From positions 874 to 64,873 of the forward strand of contig DATDCV010000404.1 in the NCBI GenBank assembly GCA_036524155.1: 64,000 nt of DNA. The letters run 5' to 3'. A program made the translations under genes and the position numbers. Below the pieces are notes generated by a model. It was not told the origin of the DNA. It did no database searches and saw only the letters and a list, made by a program, of their open reading frames with translations. Source of the stretch: Verrucomicrobiia bacterium. Lineage in GTDB: Bacteria; Verrucomicrobiota; Verrucomicrobiia; Limisphaerales; UBA8199. This document shows positions 28,564 to 36,578 of this stretch, in pieces. The number at the start of each line of letters is the position of its first letter. Position 1 is the first letter of the stretch.

Positions 28564-29652
28564 ATGAGTCCGCACCCTCGCCTAGCCTGCCTGATTATTC
28601 TCGCGCTTGCCCCGACAATCTATGCCGCCCAGGAAGCCGGGCCCGAGCAGTTGTTGCTGAAAGATTATCGCCCGCGCTCCATCTACAACACTCCGCAGAC
28701 AAAACCGGCCAAGGCCCGGTTCCCCGTCGTCGACATGCACGCGCACGATTACGCCAAAACCGACGCCGAAATCGCCGAATGGGTGCGCATCATGGATGAA
28801 CTGAATATCAAGAAGACGGTGGTGCTCTCCCAGGCCCACGGCCGGGAGCTGGATAGCGTTATCGCCCGCTACAAGAAATATCCGGGCCGGTTCTCGGTCT
28901 GGTGCGGTTTCGATTACACCGGCTACGACCAGCCCGGCTACGGGCCGGCGGCCGTGGCCGAACTGGAGCGCTGTTTCAAAGCGGGCGCGGAGGGCGTCGG
29001 CGAAATGGGTGACAAGGGCAAAGGCATGTTTTTCACCCAACCGGCCGCCTGGGGCATGCACTTCGACGATTCACGGATGGACCCGCTGCTGGACAAATGC
29101 GCCGAACTCGGCATGCCGGTCAGCATCCACGTGGCCGACCCCATGTGGATGTACGAGCCGATGGACAAATTCAACGACGGCCTGATGAATGCCTACTCGT
29201 GGCGCCTGGATAACCAAACCAACATCCTGTCTCACGCGGAGCTGCTTGGCACCCTGGAGCGCGCCGTGAAAAAACACCCCCGCACGACTTTCGTCGCCTG
29301 CCACCTCGCCAATTGCTGCTATGACCTTTCGAAGCTCGGCGCACTCTTCGACAAATATCCCAACCTCTATGCCGATATCAGCGCTCGCTACGCGGAAACG
29401 GCCCCCGTCCCTCGCGCTGCGGGCAAATTCTACCAGAAATACCAGGACCGCCTCGTCTATGGCACGGACATGGGACGCGACCGGCAAATGTATCTGACCA
29501 CGTTCCGCATCCTCGAAACGGCTGACGAGCATTTCTATGACTGGAACCTCTTCACCTATCACTGGCCGCTGCACGGGCTCGCGCTGAACGACAAGATCCT
29601 GCGAAAAGTTTACAGCGGAAACGCCCAAAAGATCCTGCGTAAGCGCCCGTAG
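28564..29652 (+). CDS. secreted amidohydrolase-family (Amidohydro_2-like TIM-barrel metal hydrolase) protein
   Basis: The protein has a signal peptide (LACLIILALAPTIYAAQEA). PVVDMHAHD is the metal-binding HxH-type start of the barrel. Further hallmarks are VSIHVADP and VYGTDMG. Confidence 0.8.
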   Translation: MSPHPRLACLIILALAPTIYAAQEAGPEQLLLKDYRPRSIYNTPQTKPAKARFPVVDMHAHDYAKTDAEIAEWVRIMDELNIKKTVVLSQAHGRELDSVIARYKKYPGRFSVWCGFDYTGYDQPGYGPAAVAELERCFKAGAEGVGEMGDKGKGMFFTQPAAWGMHFDDSRMDPLLDKCAELGMPVSIHVADPMWMYEPMDKFNDGLMNAYSWRLDNQTNILSHAELLGTLERAVKKHPRTTFVACHLANCCYDLSKLGALFDKYPNLYADISARYAETAPVPRAAGKFYQKYQDRLVYGTDMGRDRQMYLTTFRILETADEHFYDWNLFTYHWPLHGLALNDKILRKVYSGNAQKILRKRP

Positions 29653-29666
29653 TGCCGGGCCGCAAT

Positions 29667-32318
29667 ATGTCCTCGGGTCGACGGATCACTCACTCCTGGC
29701 GGCCGGCAGCCATATCTCTGCTGCTCGGAGCAACACTGTCGGGCGGCCAGGAATTCTGTCCCGCGGCCGAGCCTTCGCCTGCTTGCCGCCTGGCAACCTT
29801 CTCCGCTGATGTGACCGTGCCGGCGGGCCATGGCATGATGGGCGGAGCCTGGCTCTCTAAAAGCGTCGCCGACCCGTTGGAGGCGCATGGCCTGGTGTTG
29901 TTCGGTGTTGGTAAGCCGGTGGTGTTCGTGGCGGTGGACTGGTGCGAAATCCGGAACGAGGCGTTCGAGCGGTGGCAACGGGTGCTGGCGGAAGCCGCCG
30001 GCACGGACCCGGAGCGGGTCATGGTGAGCACGGTGCACCAGCACGACGCGCCAGTGGCGGACCTGGCGGCGGAGCGAATTTTGCGGCGGCGCAATGCGCA
30101 GGGAACAGTGTGCGATCCGGCGTTCCACGAGATCGCGGTGCAACGCGTGGCGAAGGCGCTCCGCGAGAGCCTGCCCTCAGCGCGATCGGTGACGCACCTG
30201 GGATTAGGCGCGGCGCAGGTCGAGCGAATCGCCTCCAACCGCCGTTATCTGACGGTCGATGGTTCTGTTCGCTTTGACCGGACCAGCAGCACCCGCAACC
30301 CCGTCGCCGCCTCGGCCCCGGAGAACCTCATCGATCCCTGGTTGAAGACCCTCAGTTTCTGGCAGGGCGACACCCCTCTTGCCGCCGTCAGCGCCTACGC
30401 GGTTCACCCGATGAGCTACTACGGACAGGGCGAAGTCTCAGCGGACTTTCCCGGCCTGGCCCGGCGCCTCCGTCAGCAGGACCTGCCCGCGGTGAAGCAG
30501 ATCTACGTCACCGGCTCCGCCGGGAACGTGACCGCCGGCAAATACAACGACGGCGCCGCCACGAATCGGCCCGCGCTGGCTGAACGGCTGCGACAAGACA
30601 TGACGAAGGCCTGGACCGCCACTCGGCGTGTGCCGCTGACGCGAGCGGATTTCCGTGTCCAGCGTGTCCGGCTCGAACCTCGTGCCGGTCCGGGATTCAC
30701 GGTTCCCGAGTTGGAGCAGTCTGTCGCTACGAATTCCCAGCCGTTCCAGCAGTGCCTTGCCGCCATGGGACTGAGCTGGCGGGAGCGGGCCGACGCTGGC
30801 CACCAGATCGAAATTCCTTGCCTGGACTTTGGCCTCGCCCAATGGCTGGTGCTGCCGGGCGAGTCCTACGTGGAGTTCCAGCTCGCGGCACAGCGGATCA
30901 GGCCGGATAGCTTCGTGCTGGTTGCGGGCTATGGCGAAGGCGCCACCGGTTACATCCCTACCGACCGCCACATTGCCGAACACGACGGGAACCTGGCCGA
31001 TTGGTCGTGGGTGGCGCCCGGTTCCGAGGCTCGTTTGCTGGAGGCCGTCCGCAGGGTGTTGCGCGTGCCCGATGCTGAGGCCGCCGCCGCGCCATGGAAA
31101 ACCAACCTGCCCATCGCCCTGGTGAAGAAGGAGCTTTACCTCAAGCACCCGGCACCACGGGTCGCGCCCTGGGCGACATTGCAATACGTCGGCCCAAAAT
31201 ATGAGTTGCGTGAAGTGCAAGGCATCGAACGCGAGTCTGACGTGGGCGAGAACATCACGGCACGGTGGTCCACGGACAACGGCCGAACCTGGTCGGGGTT
31301 TGAGCCGGTGCAGCCGTCCAACAAGGTGAACTACCGGGGCGTTGCGGTGTGGGAAGGAGAGAGCGTCAGCGTCCACGACCCGGGTTCGGGTCTGCTGGTC
31401 CAGTTGTGGCTGCGTCAAATCAACGTGAAGGGTGTGTACCACAATTCTACCTATGTTCGCACCTCGCCGGACCTGGGCCGGACTTGGAGCGAGCCCGACC
31501 AGCTTCGCTACGAGCAGGGAGACCCGTTCGATCCCGCCGACCCGCTGAAGGCCAGTTTCCTCAACCGTAATGAGGGTTATCCCGGCAACAATATCCTGGT
31601 CCGATCCAACGGATCGCTCGCGGTTTGCCTGGCTCACGCAAACGCGCCGGGCGACCCGAAAAATAACTCGCGCCCGTGGCGGATGGGCTCGATCTGCTTT
31701 TTGGGCAAGTGGGACGCGGACGCTAAAGCCTATCGCTGGACCGCAGGCGGGCGTTGTGAGGTTCGGCCCGAGGTTTCGGCCCGCGGCTTGATGGAGCCGG
31801 AGGTGGCCGAGCTTCGGGATGGCCGGCTTTTGGTTGTCTGGCGCGGTTCAACCAAAGGCTGGGATACCACCGCCGCCACAACGCCGGGACGCAAGTTCTA
31901 CAGCTTGTCCGGCGATGGAGGGCACACGCTGGGCACCCCCGCTGAGTGGAAATACGATGATGGTTCGAGCTTCTACTCACCTTCGTCTTTTCACCGCATG
32001 ATCCGGCACAGCGCAACCGGCAGGCTATACTGGCTTGGCAACATCAGTTCCACGCCGCCAGACGGAAACTCACCCCGCTATCCGCTGGTGATTGCCGAGG
32101 TGGACGAAGCCAGGGCCGCCCTCAAACGCACCACGGTGACGGCCATAGACGACCGCCAATTCGGCGATGGCAACATCCAGTTCTCCAACTTCCCGTTGGT
32201 CGAGGACCGTGTTACTCACGAACTGATCCTCCACCTCACTACTTACGGCCAGGAACCCGATCCCAAAGATTGGGCTACAGCGGAGAACTTCCGCTACCAA
32301 CTGACCCTTCGTGAATAA
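29667..32318 (+). CDS. secreted two-domain protein: ceramidase-like N-terminal domain fused to a BNR/sialidase-like beta-propeller
   Basis: The start is chosen at MSSGRRITH (the track GTG at 29652 abuts the previous stop). The N-terminal part (DVTVPAGHGMMGG..AHGLVL..VAVDWCEI..VSTVHQHDAP) resembles the neutral/alkaline ceramidase N-domain pattern. The C-terminal Asp-boxes are STDNGRTWS, SPDLGRTWS and SGDGGHTLG. Confidence 0.75.
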   Translation: MSSGRRITHSWRPAAISLLLGATLSGGQEFCPAAEPSPACRLATFSADVTVPAGHGMMGGAWLSKSVADPLEAHGLVLFGVGKPVVFVAVDWCEIRNEAFERWQRVLAEAAGTDPERVMVSTVHQHDAPVADLAAERILRRRNAQGTVCDPAFHEIAVQRVAKALRESLPSARSVTHLGLGAAQVERIASNRRYLTVDGSVRFDRTSSTRNPVAASAPENLIDPWLKTLSFWQGDTPLAAVSAYAVHPMSYYGQGEVSADFPGLARRLRQQDLPAVKQIYVTGSAGNVTAGKYNDGAATNRPALAERLRQDMTKAWTATRRVPLTRADFRVQRVRLEPRAGPGFTVPELEQSVATNSQPFQQCLAAMGLSWRERADAGHQIEIPCLDFGLAQWLVLPGESYVEFQLAAQRIRPDSFVLVAGYGEGATGYIPTDRHIAEHDGNLADWSWVAPGSEARLLEAVRRVLRVPDAEAAAAPWKTNLPIALVKKELYLKHPAPRVAPWATLQYVGPKYELREVQGIERESDVGENITARWSTDNGRTWSGFEPVQPSNKVNYRGVAVWEGESVSVHDPGSGLLVQLWLRQINVKGVYHNSTYVRTSPDLGRTWSEPDQLRYEQGDPFDPADPLKASFLNRNEGYPGNNILVRSNGSLAVCLAHANAPGDPKNNSRPWRMGSICFLGKWDADAKAYRWTAGGRCEVRPEVSARGLMEPEVAELRDGRLLVVWRGSTKGWDTTAATTPGRKFYSLSGDGGHTLGTPAEWKYDDGSSFYSPSSFHRMIRHSATGRLYWLGNISSTPPDGNSPRYPLVIAEVDEARAALKRTTVTAIDDRQFGDGNIQFSNFPLVEDRVTHELILHLTTYGQEPDPKDWATAENFRYQLTLRE

Positions 32319-33022
32319 ACACTCGCGTTGGGCGCTGCCGGGCTGGAAAACAGCTGGATTTCAAGGCGAGCATTCGGAAGCTGTCGTCGCCATCACCTCA
32401 CCGTTAGTAGATTTCACCTTCTTGCTTGGCCCCACCTATGGTTCGTCCCGTCCCCAGATGCAGACCCTTTCGTTTTGGCCGCTTGACGAAACTGGTTGGA
32501 ATCCGCTGCCAACGACATATCCTTGAGCCAGTGCAAACGCCGCTCCAAGCGCTTGGAGTCGTGCTCCTGGCTGCCACTTGGTTGCCGGGATGCTTTATTG
32601 TTCACACCCAGGAGGCTTGCCCCGCTAGTGGTAAGCAGGTGCTTTGGCAGCCACATTCCGAACCCGCTTACCTTCTAAAGCCTCCGGTGCAGAATGGACC
32701 CCTCGCCCAAATCCGTCCCTCGGGATTTTTCCGGTGGTTTTCCAAACGCTGTGTGCAGGGGGCGGGCTCAGCCGGCCTTTGCCTCACTGCGATGGGGCCT
32801 GATGGTGGCGACACTTGGGACGTCGCTCCCGCCCCACCTGAATTTCTCCCCAACCGGCATTGTGCTGGCCGCACCCCAACTCGGCCGCGAGCGCCTTGCC
32901 ACGTCTGAACCTCACCGCGCTGGTCACACGGCGTTCTTCCTTCGGGGGGGGACCGCTCCTGTGAAGGTTCCTCGGACCACCCAGGTTCGAGGCTGAAATG
33001 TACACCTAATCCATTTGAATTT

Positions 33023-33118
33023 ATGCAAACATCCAGTGCAGCGCCATGGTGGGTATGGGCGATCATTATCGTCGGTGCTGTTATCGTCGTCTGGTATTAC
33101 GCCCGAAAGAAAAGCTAA
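33023..33118 (+). CDS. candidate 31-aa hydrophobic small protein
   Basis: The ORF runs from ATG at 33023 to TAA at 33116-33118 and encodes MQTSSAAPWWVWAIIIVGAVIVVWYYARKKS, one TM helix with a basic tail. An AT-rich stretch lies upstream and a GC-rich hairpin plus TTT lies 10 nt downstream. It is below the 60-aa cutoff of the ORF track. Confidence 0.4.
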   Translation: MQTSSAAPWWVWAIIIVGAVIVVWYYARKKS

Positions 33119-33127
33119 TCTGAGCAT

Positions 33128-33162
33128 CAGGGTGCTGGGTCCATTCATCCAGCACCCTGTTT
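33128..33162 (+). terminator. intrinsic-terminator-like hairpin after the small ORF
   Basis: The arms cagggtgctgg (33128-33138) and ccagcaccctg (33149-33159) form a perfect 11-bp stem with a 10-nt loop, followed by ttt. Confidence 0.5.
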
Positions 33163-33346
33163 GCCTGGCACCGTATCAGACGGTCAATACCCCCCTGGCT
33201 GATTCACTGACTCACCACTTCGCTAACTTCCCCCGTCCCTCAACTCTCCACCTCCGCCTCCCAGCCCCTTCTCGCCACCTCTTCAGGAGTTGACCGCTCT
33301 TCTCCACATCGCCCACCATCATTGCCGTGAAAGTCCGCCTGCAAGC

Positions 33347-35806
33347 ATGAGACCCTGCCGCCACTGGCTTTGGCTGTTGTTGTTATTGCCTTTGGGCTTG
33401 GGCGTCGCCCGCTTGCGCTTTGACGTCGACATTCTGAATCTGCTGCCCGCCAACCTCTCCGTGGCTCAAGGACTCAAGCTCTATCAAAAGCACTTTGCAA
33501 ACTCCGGCGAGCTGATCATCACACTGCAGGCTCCGTCGGCCGCGGAAGCGGAGGCCGCCGCCCGCTCCCTCGCAAACCTGCTCCGTCGACAAACCAATCT
33601 CGTTGCCGGAGTCACCTGGCAGCCGGCGTGGATGGACGAGCCGGCCCAGGCGATGGAACTGGTCGCTTACCTCTGGTTGAACCAGCCCCCCGGGGTGTTT
33701 GCCGAACTCACAGGTCGTCTGGCGAGTACCAATCTCACCAGGACACTAAACGAAACCCGGGAACGGCTCACAACTTCACTCTCTCCCACCGACATCGCCC
33801 TGGGCGGTTATGACCCCTACGGCCTCACGCGGCTGCCGGAATCAGTCTCGGCCGTTGCGCAGGACATGGGCACCGGCGACGAGCTTTTCACGTCCCAGGA
33901 TGGCACCTTCCGATTGGTTTTTGTAGCGGGGAAGCCCGACCTTTCCGGCTACAAGGCCTGCCGAACGTGGCTTGCGCAACTGCAGCACATAATTGCAGAG
34001 GGGCAACGCTCAGGCCAGGTGCCCTCCACAGCAGAACTCCATTACACTGGCCGCCCTGCCTTTGCCGTGGAGATTTCAAGGAGCATGGAAAATGACATGG
34101 GCGGGACCTCCGTCGGCACCTTGGCTGTCATCGGCCTCCTCTTTTGGCTGACACATCGCCGCTTCTTGCCACTCGTCTGGCTCTTGCTCCTGCTGGTGGC
34201 GATCCTTGCCGGAGCCCTGGCCCTGGGCGGCTTGTTCATCGGCACTATCAATATCGTTAGCCTGGGCTTTGCCTCCATCCTGCTGGGGCTGGCAGAGGAT
34301 TTTGGCATTGTCATCTACGAGGAATCGCGCTCGCATCCGTCCTGGAGCGGACGGGAACTGCGCCGCGAAGCCGCGCCGGGCATCTGGTGGTCCGCCGTGA
34401 CCACGGCTGGCGCCTTCCTCATGCTCAATCTGAGTGCACTGCCGGGTCTGGCCCAACTCGGTTCGCTCGTCGCCATCGGTATCTTTCTCGCGGCTTTTGT
34501 CATGCTCTTCGGTTACACCCCGTTGGTGCTGCGTTTCCGCCGCACCGCGGACCGCCAGCCTCACCCCGCCGTCAAACGCGAACGGCTGCTTCTCTTCCAG
34601 ACCAGCAGGCTTTTGCCCTCGCCCGTCATCTGGACCATCTCGGCTTTGCTGTTGGTTGTGGCGGCCGGCCTGCTCTGGAAAGACGGCATCCGCACCGACA
34701 ATTCTCCCGATCCTCTCAAACCGAAGAACAGCGAAGCCTATGCCGCACTGGACAAGATCAAGGCCAGCCTCACCCGCTCCGAGGAGCCGCTCTGGGTTTT
34801 GATGCCGGGCCGGGACGAAGCCGAGGTGGGACAGCGGCTCGCCCAGGTCACCGTCTCATTGCGTGAAGCGGCCAGCAACCACCTCATCGCCGGGTTCACA
34901 CTCCCCACGGTGCTGTGGCCGCGGCCGGACAACCAACGGGCCAACCGTCCGGTCGTCGCGGTCCTGGCGCAAGAGCGCGAGGCGTTGCACCGGGCCGCGC
35001 AGGACGCCGGCTTCACCTCCGACGCTTTCTTCGTCACAGAAAACGTCCTCGATGCGTGGAAAGCGGCCGCCACCACCACGAATGTTTTCTGGCCGACGAA
35101 CGCAGCCAGCCGCTGGCTCCTGGCCCGGTTCGTCGCCCGGCCCGACAGTGGTTTCCTGGCGATGGGGTTGATTCAGCCCACCAACAACGCAGCGGCGACC
35201 AAACAGTTCGTGGCCGCCTGGCCTCCAGAGTTCGAACGCCAGGGCGTCATCCTCTCAGGTTGGAATCTGCTCGGATGGGCTGTATTCGACCTCGTCCTGC
35301 GCGAATTGCCCCGCGTGGTGATTGCCGTGTTTCTGCTCGTGATCCTGTCCTTGTGGCTGGCCTTCCGCAATCTCAAGGACGTGATCCTCAGCCTGGGCAC
35401 GCTGGCCTTCAGCGCGGTGTGCCTGGCCGCCCTCACGGACCTCCTGCACTGGGATTGGAACCTTCTCAACGTGATGGGGCTTCCCCTCTTGTTGGGCATG
35501 GGGGTGGATTTCAGCATTCACATTCAACTTGCCTTGCGCCGGCACGCCGGTGACCTGCTGGCCGTACGCCGCTCCGTCGGTCGTGCTCTCCTGCTTGCGG
35601 GCTCAACCACCGTGGCAGGCTTTGGGGCGCTGGCATTCTCGAGCAACGCCGGGATGGCGAGCCTGGGCAAGACCTGCGCGCTTGGTATCGTGTTGTCGCT
35701 GCTGGTTGCGGTTTACCTATTGCCCGTCTGGTGGCAGGCCTGCCATGGGCGCACGCCGGTTCAGCAACTGCTTCCGCCCGTGCGTCCCGACAAAAAAGCT
35801 GGCTGA
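33347..35806 (+). CDS. MMPL/RND-superfamily membrane exporter (HpnN-like)
   Basis: The start is chosen at MRPCRHWLWLLLLLPLGLGVARL. The protein has two blocks of about 6 TM helices, each followed by a large loop. RND-type TM motifs are LGLAEDFGIVIYEE and LLGMGVDFSIHIQLAL. Confidence 0.82.
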   Translation: MRPCRHWLWLLLLLPLGLGVARLRFDVDILNLLPANLSVAQGLKLYQKHFANSGELIITLQAPSAAEAEAAARSLANLLRRQTNLVAGVTWQPAWMDEPAQAMELVAYLWLNQPPGVFAELTGRLASTNLTRTLNETRERLTTSLSPTDIALGGYDPYGLTRLPESVSAVAQDMGTGDELFTSQDGTFRLVFVAGKPDLSGYKACRTWLAQLQHIIAEGQRSGQVPSTAELHYTGRPAFAVEISRSMENDMGGTSVGTLAVIGLLFWLTHRRFLPLVWLLLLLVAILAGALALGGLFIGTINIVSLGFASILLGLAEDFGIVIYEESRSHPSWSGRELRREAAPGIWWSAVTTAGAFLMLNLSALPGLAQLGSLVAIGIFLAAFVMLFGYTPLVLRFRRTADRQPHPAVKRERLLLFQTSRLLPSPVIWTISALLLVVAAGLLWKDGIRTDNSPDPLKPKNSEAYAALDKIKASLTRSEEPLWVLMPGRDEAEVGQRLAQVTVSLREAASNHLIAGFTLPTVLWPRPDNQRANRPVVAVLAQEREALHRAAQDAGFTSDAFFVTENVLDAWKAAATTTNVFWPTNAASRWLLARFVARPDSGFLAMGLIQPTNNAAATKQFVAAWPPEFERQGVILSGWNLLGWAVFDLVLRELPRVVIAVFLLVILSLWLAFRNLKDVILSLGTLAFSAVCLAALTDLLHWDWNLLNVMGLPLLLGMGVDFSIHIQLALRRHAGDLLAVRRSVGRALLLAGSTTVAGFGALAFSSNAGMASLGKTCALGIVLSLLVAVYLLPVWWQACHGRTPVQQLLPPVRPDKKAG

Positions 35807-35818
35807 AGCGCTCGGGGG

Positions 35819-35930
35819 TATCGCCTCAGTCTTGGGTCGGAGCGCCGATTTCTAATCGGCTTAAGCGAGCCGACGGCCGATGGTAAGCCGAGTGCAACTC
35901 GGCGCTCCGACCCAAGAGTGAGGGGGGGTA
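35819..35930. mobile_element. MITE-like inverted-repeat element, family A, copy 2
   Basis: The element reads tatcgcctcagtcttgggtcggagcgccgatttctaatcggcttaagcgagccgacggccgatggtaagccgagtgcaactcggcgctccgacccaagagtgagggggggta. Its flanks are cgctcggggg / cgctcgggtc. It starts 13 nt after the MMPL stop. Confidence 0.65.
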
Positions 35931-36082
35931 CGCTCGGGTCCGTTTTTGGCTTGCGCCCTCAGCAGTAGCGACATCTTCGATACTCATAACGGGGTGCTTT
36001 CTCCTCGGCGCGCGATGCGCACGCGCAAGCGGCACTCACTTCCCGGGGCCAATCCCACGACTCTTACTCCCGGCACAGGCGC

Positions 36083-36568
36083 TCAGCCCGGCGCAGCCTT
36101 GGCGTAGCTCAACGGCACGACGAGCACCGCGCATTCGGCTTTGCGCACGATCTTCTCCGCCACACTGCCAAAGAGCGTCTTGCCGACACCGGTATGGCCG
36201 TGTCGGCCCAGCACAATCACGTCGACGCGGACCGCCTTGGCAAATTCAAGAATGGTCGCCGCATCCGGTCCGATGCGGAATTCGATCTTCACGTCGAGGC
36301 CACTGGGTATGCGCGAGAGATACGCGGCAGCGACTTTGGCGTCGATTGCTTTCTTCGCTTCGGCGTTAACATTGTCCACCTCGGCGATGTAGGACTTCCA
36401 GAACTGCGCGTCCGGCTCATGGATGACGTGAAGCAAAAACAGGGTTGCACCGGGGCGGCGGACGGCGGCGTCCAGAGCGAACTCGAAGGCCGCGTCCGCG
36501 CTTTCGGAGAAGTCCGTGCAGAACAGGATGCGTTTGAAACGTGACTCGGGCCGCGCGGGATTGGTCAT
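36083..36568 (-). CDS. universal stress protein (UspA family)
   Basis: 161-aa ORF with ILFCTDFSESADAAFEFAL, LFLLHVI, and the ATP-binding-type motif GRHGHTGVGKTLFGSVAEKIVRKAECAVLVV. Confidence 0.9.
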   Translation of the reverse strand: MTNPARPESRFKRILFCTDFSESADAAFEFALDAAVRRPGATLFLLHVIHEPDAQFWKSYIAEVDNVNAEAKKAIDAKVAAAYLSRIPSGLDVKIEFRIGPDAATILEFAKAVRVDVIVLGRHGHTGVGKTLFGSVAEKIVRKAECAVLVVPLSYAKAAPG

Positions 36569-36578
36569 GTTGCCTCCG

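Noticed and set aside
30438-31637. 399-aa minus-strand ORF opposite the ceramidase-like/BNR gene
   Set aside because: It is antisense to a gene with three Asp-box motifs. Its composition is Arg/Gly/Val/Pro-rich.
32319-33022. RNase P RNA or tmRNA in the long non-coding gap
   Set aside because: The sequence ccacattccgaacccgcttacc (32651-32672) vaguely recalls the RNase P P4 3' strand (ACAGAACCCGGCUUA), and caggttcgaggctg (about 32981) recalls a T-loop. However, the obligatory GAGGAAAGUCCGG box is absent on both strands. No tmRNA 5'/3' acceptor pairing or tag ORF ending in a stop could be found.
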